35,808 bases of DNA from NCBI GenBank assembly GCA_040081735.1, contig JBEBFX010000003.1, positions 1 through 35,808 of the forward strand, read 5' to 3'. Numbering within the stretch: position 1 is the first letter of the stretch; each line of letters opens with the position of its first letter. Under the pieces are notes generated by a model. The model saw only the letters and a list, made by a program, of their open reading frames with translations, did not search any database and had not been told where the DNA came from. This document shows positions 27,345-35,808 of the stretch, piece by piece. A program made the position numbers and the translations under genes. This DNA is from Alphaproteobacteria bacterium (GTDB taxonomy: Bacteria > Pseudomonadota > Alphaproteobacteria > UBA11222).

Positions 27345-28676
27345 ATGAAGAATCGCAATCTGGCGTACCACGGCCTGTTGCCCCTTATTGGCGTATTGCT
27401 GTACCTGTCCTGCTTAACACTGCCAGCCCGCGCTGCGGGGGCGGACGCGCAGCATCTGGGGGTTGCCTCCTGTGCGGGCAGCACCTGCCATGGCGCCACC
27501 ACCGCCACCCCAGACACGAATGTCCAGTTAAATGAGTACGTCACCTGGGTACGCAGGGATAAACACGCCAAGGCCTACGAGATTTTGTTAAGCAATGAAT
27601 CACAGCGCATCGCGCGAAATCTCGGTATCGGCGATGCCCATACCGCCAAAATGTGCCTGGATTGCCACGCGGATAATCCGCCAGCCAATTTACGCAGCCC
27701 CAGTTTTCAGATCAGCGAAGGCGTCGGCTGCGAAGGCTGTCACGGAGGCGCGCAAAACTGGCTGAGCAGCCACACGGCGGCCCCCCCCCATAGCGATAAT
27801 GTAGCCAAAGGCATGATTGCCACCGAAGACCCCATGGTGCGCGCCGGTCTGTGCCTGTCCTGCCACTTTGGCAATCAGGAAAAATTTGTCACCCACCGCA
27901 TGATGGGCGCGGGCCATCCGCGCATGAGCTTTGAGCTGGATACCTTTACCCAGCTGCAACCGGCGCATTTCGTGGTGGATGAAGATTACCGCAAGCGCAA
28001 GGGAGCTATTTCAGGCATAAAATTGTGGGCAATTGGCCAGGCGATGATGGCGCAGGCGCATATGGCGGCGCTGTCCGACAGCCAGCGTAACCGCGATGGC
28101 CTGTTCCCTGAATTTGTGCTGTTCGATTGCCATTCCTGCCACACGCCCATGAGTAACAAGAACTGGCAACCGCGCAGCAACGGCGTGCGCACCCCGGGCA
28201 TGCCGCATGTGAATGATTCCAGTCTGGTCATGCTTCAGGTCATGACCCAGGTCATTGACCCGGCCCTGGGGCAGGCCATGTCGGCAAAAATCCGCGCCCT
28301 GCATCAAAATGGCTCGGCTGGCATGGGGCAGCTTGCCGCCGCCGCAAACGATTTGCGCGGATTGACAAGTCAGATGGCCGCAAAATTTGCCGCCAGCCCA
28401 TTTGACGCCAGCGTCATGAAGGCCATCCTCAAAGCGCTGGTTCAGGCAGGGACTGATGGCAGCTATAGCGATTACGCGGATGCGGAACAGGCGGCCATGG
28501 CCATTGATACGCTGATCGCGGCCATGACGGCGGAAAAGGCCGCGCCCGATGCACAGCTGCAAAAATTGTCCCGGTCACTTGACGCGGTTTTTGCAGCAAC
28601 CGCCAAGGACGAAGCCTATCAGGCCGGGCGCTTTAACGCCGCCCTTGCCGGGGTTCGCGCGGCATTAGGGGGTTAG
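27345..28676 (+). CDS. Exported multiheme cytochrome c (4 CxxCH + 1 CX4CH) with helical C-terminal domain
   Basis: Sec-type signal MKNRNL...LPARA from ATG 27345. Motifs CAGSTCH, CLDCH, CEGCH, CLSCH, CHSCH. Confidence 0.88.
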   Translation: MKNRNLAYHGLLPLIGVLLYLSCLTLPARAAGADAQHLGVASCAGSTCHGATTATPDTNVQLNEYVTWVRRDKHAKAYEILLSNESQRIARNLGIGDAHTAKMCLDCHADNPPANLRSPSFQISEGVGCEGCHGGAQNWLSSHTAAPPHSDNVAKGMIATEDPMVRAGLCLSCHFGNQEKFVTHRMMGAGHPRMSFELDTFTQLQPAHFVVDEDYRKRKGAISGIKLWAIGQAMMAQAHMAALSDSQRNRDGLFPEFVLFDCHSCHTPMSNKNWQPRSNGVRTPGMPHVNDSSLVMLQVMTQVIDPALGQAMSAKIRALHQNGSAGMGQLAAAANDLRGLTSQMAAKFAASPFDASVMKAILKALVQAGTDGSYSDYADAEQAAMAIDTLIAAMTAEKAAPDAQLQKLSRSLDAVFAATAKDEAYQAGRFNAALAGVRAALGG

Positions 28677-28682
28677 CGCCAC

Positions 28683-30302
28683 ATGCAGGCGTCTCCTGCT
28701 GAAATTGCGGTTGCTGCTGAAACGCAAGGCATCGGCAAAGAAGAAAGATTTGTCATCTTCGCCTCGTCACTGGGCACGGTGTTTGAGTGGTATGATTTCT
28801 TTCTTTACGCCACGCTTGCGCCATTCTTTGCCGCATTGTTCTTTCCGCCGGGAAACGAGATGGCGGCGCTCATGTCCGCCTTCGCAACCTACGCGGCGGG
28901 CTTTCTGGTCCGGCCGTTTGGCGCTCTGGTTTTTGGCCGCATCGGCGACCTGGCAGGCCGCAAATACGCCTTTCTGATCACCATCATCGTGATGGGCGGA
29001 GCCACCTTCGCCGTTGGTCTGCTGCCGACGTATGCCGCGATCGGCTGGCTTGCGCCTGCGCTTCTGGTCAGCCTGCGTTTGTTGCAGGGCCTGGCGCTGG
29101 GAGGAGAATATGGCGGGGCCGCGACCTACGTCGCCGAGCACGCCGCCCACAACCGGCGCGGCTTCACCACCAGTTTTATCCAGATGACCGCCACACTGGG
29201 CTTTTTTCTGGCATTGCTGGTGATTGGACTTTGCAGGGTTTTTCTGGAGGCCGAAATTTTTTCACAATGGGGCTGGCGGTTGCCATTCCTGGTATCGCTG
29301 GTTTTGCTGGTGTTTTCCGTGGTGATACGCCTGCGCCTGAACGAGTCCCCCGTTTTTCAGAAAATGAAGGCCGAGGGAAGAGCCTCCAAACGCCCGCTGA
29401 CGGAAAGTTTCCTGCGCTATCCCAACAACAGGCTTGTTGCGCTTGCCCTGTTTGGCGCCACCGCCGGACAGGGTGTCGTGTGGTATACAGGACAGTTTTA
29501 CGCATTGTTCTTCCTGCAAATAACGCTGAAACTTGATTTCCTGCTGGCCTATGGGCTAATCGCGGTGTCTCTGCTAATCGGCTCGCCGATGTTTATCCTG
29601 TTTGGCTGGCTGTCGGACAGGATCGGGCGTTTAAAAATCATACTTGCGGGCTGTGGTTTGGCCGCCCTGACTTTCTTTCCGCTTTTCAGCGCCTTGACCG
29701 GGGCCGTCAATCCGGACCTGGCGGCGTTCCAGAAAAATCATGCCGTAGTGGTCTCGGCCGATCTGTCCCAGTGCCATCTGCATATTTTCGTCGGGCCGTG
29801 GTCAACATTTTCGGAATGTGACCGCGCCCAGGATTTTGTCACAAAACTGGGGGTTTCATTCCAGAAACACAATATCCCCGGTGGCCGTGTCAGCCTCGGC
29901 ATCGGTGAAATCGCCGTTGAGGGCTGGGACGCCGCAAAGTGGCAGGCGGCGTTTACGGCCGCAGGACTGCCCGCCAAAGCGGACCCCGCAAAGGTTGACT
30001 GGGTCATGGCGGAGTTGATTTTGGTCATCATGCTGGTTTACGTGACAATGGTCTACGGGCCGATTGCCGCCTATCTGGTAGAACTTTTTCCAGCCAAAAT
30101 CCGTTACACCTCCATGTCGCTGCCCTATCATATCGGCAATGGATGGTTTGGCGGCATGCTGCCACTATTGGCCACGGCCATTGTTGCGGCGACCGGCAAC
30201 ATCTACAACGGGCTGTGGTATCCGATTATCGTGGCGTTGGCGACCTGCGTCATAGGCGTTTTGTTTCTGCACGAGACGAAAAATATCGATATTTCCCAAT
30301 AA
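28683..30302 (+). CDS. MFS transporter, metabolite:H+ symporter (MHS) family
   Basis: ASSLGTVFEWYDF, RPFGA..FGRIGD..GRK, LGGEYGGA, WGWRLPF, ELFPAKIRYT. Confidence 0.93.
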   Translation: MQASPAEIAVAAETQGIGKEERFVIFASSLGTVFEWYDFFLYATLAPFFAALFFPPGNEMAALMSAFATYAAGFLVRPFGALVFGRIGDLAGRKYAFLITIIVMGGATFAVGLLPTYAAIGWLAPALLVSLRLLQGLALGGEYGGAATYVAEHAAHNRRGFTTSFIQMTATLGFFLALLVIGLCRVFLEAEIFSQWGWRLPFLVSLVLLVFSVVIRLRLNESPVFQKMKAEGRASKRPLTESFLRYPNNRLVALALFGATAGQGVVWYTGQFYALFFLQITLKLDFLLAYGLIAVSLLIGSPMFILFGWLSDRIGRLKIILAGCGLAALTFFPLFSALTGAVNPDLAAFQKNHAVVVSADLSQCHLHIFVGPWSTFSECDRAQDFVTKLGVSFQKHNIPGGRVSLGIGEIAVEGWDAAKWQAAFTAAGLPAKADPAKVDWVMAELILVIMLVYVTMVYGPIAAYLVELFPAKIRYTSMSLPYHIGNGWFGGMLPLLATAIVAATGNIYNGLWYPIIVALATCVIGVLFLHETKNIDISQ

Positions 30303-30347
30303 TGAAGGTGCGTCCGGTCTCTGCATGGGATATTGATCCGCTATATT

Positions 30348-30424
30348 CGGGGAGTGGCGCAGCCTGGTAGCGCATCTGCTTTGGGAGCAGAGGGTCGCTG
30401 GTTCGAATCCAGTCTCCCCGACCA
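30348..30424 (+). tRNA. tRNA-Pro(UGG)
   Basis: CGGGGAGTGGCGCAGCCTGGTAGCGCATCTGCTTTGGGAGCAGAGGGTCGCTGGTTCGAATCCAGTCTCCCCGACCA; anticodon TGG, encoded CCA. Confidence 0.96.
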
Positions 30425-30524
30425 CCCTTCGCCGTAGCGTGCGAAGTGGATGCCGCGACGAAAGGCGGACACGGGCTTTGGACCGTTCAATCAATTTTCC
30501 GGACCCAACGTCTTTTTTTATACA

Positions 30525-30543
30525 TAAATATTATCTTAACCAT
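30525..30543 (+). promoter_or_regulatory. CtrA-like box upstream of the histidine kinase
   Basis: TAAA-N7-TTAACCAT, one mismatch to TTAA-N7-TTAA. Confidence 0.35.
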
Positions 30544-30612
30544 TAGCGTATAGCGTGTGATGTCTAGCCAAAGAACACTTGCAGGGACCCGGCTCACTCT
30601 CAGGCTGATCAG

Positions 30613-31842
30613 ATGTCTAACACCGCCAAATACACCCCGGATATTCCCGGCGCCGCCAGGCCGGGCCAGCGCTACCTGGAAACCTTGCTGGCGTTAACCG
30701 GCAGTCTCGCGCTGGCTTCCGGTTCATTTGGCGACTTTGTTCTGGATTTTACGGCGAAAACATTACAGGCATTTGATTTGTCTGCCGCCCAGGTATGGCA
30801 AAACGGCAAAAAATGGGTCTGTCTCGCCGATGCGCGAAGCTACGATACAGACACGGACATTTATCCATCACCCGAGGAAAAATTATCCACATCACTTAGC
30901 CTGCGCACACTGGATTGCCATATCACGGGCCAGGACGGCAAGCCCGCCGTGATACTGCGTCTGATCAGGCCTGGGGGCACGTACTGGAGTGAAGAGGCGG
31001 CGGCCGTATCGGCCGGCTACACCCATGTTTTGAACAATGCCGTCACCATTGTTCAGCTGGGCAGCACGATAGACAGTCTGGTCAACGCCAAAGTTTCCGC
31101 CGAGGAAGCCAATCGTTCTAAAACCGAGTTTCTGGCCAACATGAGCCATGAGCTGCGCACGCCCCTGAACGCCATTATCGGTTTTTCGGAAATTCTGGCG
31201 CAGGAATATTTTGGCGTTCACGCCAACCCTCAGTACAAGGATTATGCAAAGGATATTCTGCTTAGCGGCCAGCACCTTCTGTCTCTGATCAATGATATTC
31301 TTGATTTGTCGCGCATTGAAAGCGGAAGACACCACCTGCAGGAAGAAGTCATAAAACTCGATGAAATAATCCAGGCCGCCTTGCGATTTGTCAGGGAAAA
31401 GGCTTTTGTCAAAGGCCAGATATTGAATATCGGAGGAGAAACCGGACTTTCGCTCTACGCGGAGGACAGGGCAATCAAGCAGATACTGGTCAACCTGTTG
31501 TCAAATGCGATCAAATTTACCCCTCCGGATGGAACCATCACGGTCGCGGTTTGCGTAAACGAAAGCATCAGCATCAGTGTGAGCGACACCGGACGGGGAA
31601 TTGCACCGGATCAATTGTCCGGGCTGTTTCAGCCGTTCAACCGGGGTCACGAAAATTCCAAGCCCACCGAAGAAGGCGCCGGGCTGGGGCTTGTCATATC
31701 CCGCAAACTGGCGCACCTGCATGGAGGAGATCTGCTGTTGCAAAGTGAAGTAGGCCTGGGAACCAGCGCGATCCTTACGCTTCCCCTTGAGCGGCTGATC
31801 AGTGATACAGCCGCAATCATGCCCTGGGAAATTCTCAAATGA
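30613..31842 (+). CDS. Cytoplasmic sensor histidine kinase (HisKA + HATPase_c, PleC/DivJ-like H-box)
   Basis: [51 protein letters not shown]; no clear TM pair. Confidence 0.92.
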   Translation: MSNTAKYTPDIPGAARPGQRYLETLLALTGSLALASGSFGDFVLDFTAKTLQAFDLSAAQVWQNGKKWVCLADARSYDTDTDIYPSPEEKLSTSLSLRTLDCHITGQDGKPAVILRLIRPGGTYWSEEAAAVSAGYTHVLNNAVTIVQLGSTIDSLVNAKVSAEEANRSKTEFLANMSHELRTPLNAIIGFSEILAQEYFGVHANPQYKDYAKDILLSGQHLLSLINDILDLSRIESGRHHLQEEVIKLDEIIQAALRFVREKAFVKGQILNIGGETGLSLYAEDRAIKQILVNLLSNAIKFTPPDGTITVAVCVNESISISVSDTGRGIAPDQLSGLFQPFNRGHENSKPTEEGAGLGLVISRKLAHLHGGDLLLQSEVGLGTSAILTLPLERLISDTAAIMPWEILK

Positions 31843-33173
31843 GCCAGCAAACCATTCCCGATAAACTGATCCGCATCGACCAGAAGGCCCTGGATTATAT
31901 TGCGGCCTGCAATGCAGAATATGTCGCCGAGAACGGGCAAAGCGGCAAGCGCGCCAATCTGGCGTTCCATGATCTTTCCAGCATGAATCTGGGCGGGCGC
32001 GATCTTTCCTACGCCAATCTTTCCGGGGCCAATCTGACCGACGCCGCGATGCCGGGAACAAAGCTGACCTGCGCCGTATTATCCTCTGCGACATTGCGGC
32101 TGGCGCACCTGGAGGGCGCCGATTTAAGTCAGGCGGACATGCGCGGCTGTTCATTGCACGGCGCACGGCTGGGACAGGCCAATTTATGCAATGCGGACCT
32201 CAGTGAAGGACCCCGGATAAAAATATCTGAAACCGGCGAGCTTACCCTCCAGCGATCCGTTTCCGAGCCAGCCGAACTCATAGCCGCGAATTTCGTCAGG
32301 GCAAATCTGTCCGGCGCCGTAATCTCCAACGGCCTGTTAATGCAGGCCGACCTGAGTGAAGCCCAGTTCTGCAACGCTACGCTAACCGGCGCAAATTTTC
32401 GCGGCGCGAAAATGGACGGCACAGACTTTGAAAATGCAAATTTGGCCGGCGCAGATATGTCTGACACCTCCATGCGCGGCGCACTGCTCGATGGCGCCAT
32501 TTTGTCGGACGCCATACTCAGAGGCGCCGATCTGTTAGGCGCCATCATTAACCGCAACGCCATTGGCCCCAATTCGGGCGTCAAAAATCTGACCCAGCGC
32601 AACAAGCCGCATCGCGAGGTTTTGCTGGATCTGCTTTGCGCCCACAAGAAATGGATTACCTCTGATGGCCGCGATGGAACGCGGCTTGAATTACGCAACG
32701 CCGATCTGGCGGAGATTGATCTGGCAGGACTGGACCTGTCGGGCGCGACCCTGATCAACTGTGATCTGTCAGGCGCCAATCTGAGCCGCAGCAAGTTGCG
32801 GCTTGCCGATTTATCCCTTTCCAATCTGCAGGACGCCATATTGAGCGAAGCAGATTTGCGCGCCGCCACACTCAAGCAGGCATTTTGCCGTCAGGCCAAT
32901 TTTTCAGGCGCCAGCTTTGCTTCGGTAATGACCGGGATCAGCCCGCAAAGAAACATTTTCGCGAACCTTCAAAAAAGCCAGTTTCAGCAGGCCAACTTTC
33001 GGGCCTGTGACCTTTCTGGCGCGGACATGACCGGCTGCAACCTGGAGGGGGCCAATATGGCTGAAGTCATATTGACGGATACCCGTCTGAAACTGACCAC
33101 AGTCACCGCCGAAACCTACGATCAGATCGAAGCGGCGGGCGTTAATCTTGACGGCATTCGTGTCCGGACCTGA
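31839..33173 (+). CDS. Pentapeptide repeat protein (two repeat blocks)
   Basis: Many A(D/N)Lxx repeats (ANLSG, ADLSQ, ANFRG...); ATGA overlap with the kinase stop. Confidence 0.92.
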   Translation: MSQQTIPDKLIRIDQKALDYIAACNAEYVAENGQSGKRANLAFHDLSSMNLGGRDLSYANLSGANLTDAAMPGTKLTCAVLSSATLRLAHLEGADLSQADMRGCSLHGARLGQANLCNADLSEGPRIKISETGELTLQRSVSEPAELIAANFVRANLSGAVISNGLLMQADLSEAQFCNATLTGANFRGAKMDGTDFENANLAGADMSDTSMRGALLDGAILSDAILRGADLLGAIINRNAIGPNSGVKNLTQRNKPHREVLLDLLCAHKKWITSDGRDGTRLELRNADLAEIDLAGLDLSGATLINCDLSGANLSRSKLRLADLSLSNLQDAILSEADLRAATLKQAFCRQANFSGASFASVMTGISPQRNIFANLQKSQFQQANFRACDLSGADMTGCNLEGANMAEVILTDTRLKLTTVTAETYDQIEAAGVNLDGIRVRT

Positions 33174-33222
33174 TAAACAGGAGGCGTAGCGCGATTCGGC
33201 GCCAAACGCCCCCTGGATACTT

Positions 33223-35193
33223 ATGGCCGATCTGTTCAAAAAATCCGCTCCATCTCCGGACCAGAGTTATACCGCACAGGACATAGAAGTTCTTGAGGGG
33301 CTGGAGCCTGTCCGGCGCCGCCCCGGCATGTATATCGGCGGCACCGATGAGCGGGCATTGCATCACCTTGCCGCCGAAATTCTCGATAATGCCATGGACG
33401 AAGCGGTTGCCGGCCATGCCACGCGCATTGAAATGACGATGCAGGCCGACGGCAGTCTGACGGTGCATGACAATGGACGCGGCATCCCCATTGACCCGCA
33501 CCCGAAATTCAAATCGAAATCAGCGCTGGAGGTCATTCTCACGACCCTGCATTCCGGCGGCAAGTTTGGCGGCAAGGCCTATGCGACGGCAGGCGGGCTG
33601 CATGGGGTTGGGCTGTCCGTGGTGAATGCCCTTTCGGAACGTCTCACCGTAGAGGTTGCCAGGGATAAATTGCATTACGTTCAGGAATATTCCCGGGGGG
33701 CGCCAACGGGGAAACTGCGCCAGACCGGCCCCGCCAATAACCGGCGCGGCACGACGATCAGCTTTTTCCCCGACCGGCAGATTTTTGGCGCGCAGGCGCA
33801 TTTCAAACCGGCGCTTCTGTACAAGATCGCGCGCGCGAAAGCCTATTTGTTTGCGGGCGTTGAAATCCGCTGGAAGTGCGCCGCCGAATTGCTGAAAGGC
33901 GCAGGGGACACACCCGAAAGCGAAGTGCTGCATTTTTCAGGCGGCCTGTCCGATTATCTGGCAGCCACGATCAATGGCCTCGCTTTGGTCACGCCGAACT
34001 GTTTTGCAGGGACTGAAAATCTGCCCAGGGATCGCGGCAAGGTGGAATGGGCCATTGCCTGGTACGCCGATGGCGACGCCATTATGGAATCCTTTTGCAA
34101 TACGATCCCCACCCCATCGGGCGGCACCCATGAGGCCGGGTTGAAGACGGCGCTTTACCGGGCGCTTCGCGGTTATGGCGAACTGACCGGCAATAAAAAG
34201 GCCGCGTTGCTGACGGCCGAGGATGTGACCGGAACGGCCGGCGTCATTCTGTCGTTATTTATGCGGGATCCGGAATTTCAGGGCCAGACCAAAGAGAAAC
34301 TGTCGTCGGCCGATGCAGCGCGGCTGGTTGAAAATGCGGTGCGCGACCATTTTGACCATTGGTTGTCCGGCGCGCCCAGTGACGCAAATAAACTACTGGA
34401 CTGGTGCATTGAACGCGCCGAGGAACGGCTGCGCCGCCGCCAGGAACGCGAGACCAGCCGCAAAACCGCCACCCGAAAATTGCGTCTGCCGGGCAAACTT
34501 TCCGACTGCTCCAGCGACCGCATCGAGGAAACCGAAATCTTTCTGGTGGAAGGCGACAGCGCCGGCGGATCGGCCAAGCAGGCCCGTGACCGCCGCACCC
34601 AGGCCATATTGCCGCTGCGCGGCAAAATTCTGAACGTCGCCAGCGCGTCACTCGATAAACTGTCCGGCAATCAGGAAATCGCAGATATTTCGCTGGCGCT
34701 GGGCTGCGGCGCCAGGGACAAATACCGCGATAGCGACGTGCGCTATGGCAAGGTCATCATCATGACGGACGCCGATGTGGATGGCGCCCACATCGCCTCG
34801 CTGCTGATCACGTTCTTCTACCGGCAGATGCCGGAATTAATCAGGAACGGGCGGCTATACCTCGCCATGCCGCCCCTGTACCGCCTTACCCAGGGCGCCC
34901 GGAACGCTTATGCGCGCGATGACGCCCATAAGGATGCACTGCTGGCCACAGAGTTTGGCGGACGCGGCAAGGTTGATATCGGCCGCTTCAAGGGGTTGGG
35001 CGAAATGATGCCTGCCCAGCTGCGCGAAACCACCATGGACCCCAAAAAGCGCAATCTCCTGCGGGTTGTCTTAAGTCAGGCGGGAGAAGCAGAAACCGCC
35101 TCTTTTGTCGAACAGCTGATGGGACGCAAGGCCGAGTCGCGTTTTGCTTTCATTCAGGAACGCGCCGCCTTTGCAACAGGACTGGATATTTAG
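33223..35193 (+). CDS. parE: DNA topoisomerase IV subunit B
   Basis: [61 protein letters not shown]. At 656 aa it lacks the proteobacterial GyrB insertion. Confidence 0.93.
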   Translation: MADLFKKSAPSPDQSYTAQDIEVLEGLEPVRRRPGMYIGGTDERALHHLAAEILDNAMDEAVAGHATRIEMTMQADGSLTVHDNGRGIPIDPHPKFKSKSALEVILTTLHSGGKFGGKAYATAGGLHGVGLSVVNALSERLTVEVARDKLHYVQEYSRGAPTGKLRQTGPANNRRGTTISFFPDRQIFGAQAHFKPALLYKIARAKAYLFAGVEIRWKCAAELLKGAGDTPESEVLHFSGGLSDYLAATINGLALVTPNCFAGTENLPRDRGKVEWAIAWYADGDAIMESFCNTIPTPSGGTHEAGLKTALYRALRGYGELTGNKKAALLTAEDVTGTAGVILSLFMRDPEFQGQTKEKLSSADAARLVENAVRDHFDHWLSGAPSDANKLLDWCIERAEERLRRRQERETSRKTATRKLRLPGKLSDCSSDRIEETEIFLVEGDSAGGSAKQARDRRTQAILPLRGKILNVASASLDKLSGNQEIADISLALGCGARDKYRDSDVRYGKVIIMTDADVDGAHIASLLITFFYRQMPELIRNGRLYLAMPPLYRLTQGARNAYARDDAHKDALLATEFGGRGKVDIGRFKGLGEMMPAQLRETTMDPKKRNLLRVVLSQAGEAETASFVEQLMGRKAESRFAFIQERAAFATGLDI

Positions 35194-35256
35194 GGTTCTT
35201 TAAGGGCGCAATACCGGCTAATCTCGATACGCAACAAGCACTGGCAGGAGCCCCCC

Positions 35257-35532
35257 ATGAAGAAATATATCATTGAACGAGACCTGCCCGCCATCGGCAG
35301 CGCCGAACGTGACGCCCTGCGCGAGGCGGCAAAAACCTCGAACAAGGCGCTTGCGGAACTGGGGACGGATATCCAGTGGCTGGAATCCTATGTTACCGCC
35401 GATAAAACGTTTTGCGTCTATCTGGCAAAAGACGAATCGCTTATCCACGATCACGCCAAAAAAAGCGGCTTTCCCGCCAACAAAATTACCGAGGTCCGGC
35501 GCATGATCGACCCAACCACCGCCAGCGGCTGA
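35257..35532 (+). CDS. DUF4242 / SCO4226-like small protein
   Basis: MKKYIIER...IQWLESYV..DKTFCVY.A.....I..HA...GFPANKITEV pattern; AGGAG RBS. Confidence 0.82.
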   Translation: MKKYIIERDLPAIGSAERDALREAAKTSNKALAELGTDIQWLESYVTADKTFCVYLAKDESLIHDHAKKSGFPANKITEVRRMIDPTTASG

Positions 35533-35563
35533 ACGCCATACGTAAAAATTTCGTGGCTTGCGA

Positions 35564-35808
35564 ATGCTGAAAATATTGTTTGGCGTAACGCTGCTTTTTC
35601 TTGGCGCCTGCGCCCAGAAGAACGTGATTTCGCAGGTAAATCAATATCCTCTGTTCACGCCTTCACAGCTTGGCTATGCAACCCGCGATGGCGGGCTGCC
35701 GCTTGAAATTCATGGTGCGCTGCCGTCCGGTCTATCGCCGGAACAGCTTGCGGCAGCCCTGCATTTACCTGGAAATTATGCGACAGCGCATTTTTCCCTG
35801 ATCCAGCC
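35564..35808 (+). CDS. Putative lipoprotein, 3'-partial (not in the ORF track)
   Basis: Open frame from ATG 35564 to the window end: MLKILFGVTLLFLGA-CAQKNVISQVNQYPLFTPSQLGYATRDGGLPLEIHG..., with lipobox LGAC. Confidence 0.75.
   Translation, partial: MLKILFGVTLLFLGACAQKNVISQVNQYPLFTPSQLGYATRDGGLPLEIHGALPSGLSPEQLAAALHLPGNYATAHFSLIQ

Noticed and set aside
30425-30520. Integrative element att site or ncRNA after tRNA-Pro
   Set aside because: Only short imperfect hairpins (CTTCGC/GCGAAG, CCGC/GCGG). No integrase or repeated tRNA end was found, and no RNA family was recognisable.
33223-35193. gyrB assignment
   Set aside because: The 656-aa length and [10 protein letters not shown] signature fit ParE; the proteobacterial GyrB insertion is absent.

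Overview
GC-rich chromosomal segment, most likely from an alphaproteobacterium (inferred from the NDUFS4-like gene, the ParE type and a PleC/DivJ-like kinase). No integrase, transposase, prophage or CRISPR array is visible. Left part (1-10.1 kb): a beta-hydroxyacid dehydrogenase / Zn-ribbon / His-tailed EamA / meaB cluster, a REP-like palindrome, a Baeyer-Villiger monooxygenase, rpmB, a phytase-like protein, an enoyl-CoA hydratase, a GPH-type MFS transporter, tRNA-Arg(UCU), an NDUFS4-like subunit and a limonene-epoxide-hydrolase-family gene. Centre (10.1-28.7 kb) is a cell-surface block. It has three paralogues sharing an S-layer-type 'YFNRAPDPxGLxxW' (DUF4214/RsaA-N-like) module: two end in leishmanolysin-like zinc peptidase domains and one is an RTX S-layer-like protein with a low-GC body. 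It also has a UDP-2,3-diacetamido-uronic acid pathway with a WbpB-WbpD fusion, a gspEFGHIJK cluster that stops after gspK, and a divergent pentaheme cytochrome c. Right part: MHS-type MFS transporter, tRNA-Pro(UGG), an orphan histidine kinase coupled to a bipartite pentapeptide-repeat protein directly upstream of parE, a DUF4242 protein and the start of a lipoprotein absent from the ORF track. The best candidates for undescribed systems are the S-layer-anchor/peptidase array with its neighbouring glycan and secretion genes, and the kinase-pentapeptide-parE unit. All family calls come from recognising motifs by eye; no searches were run.
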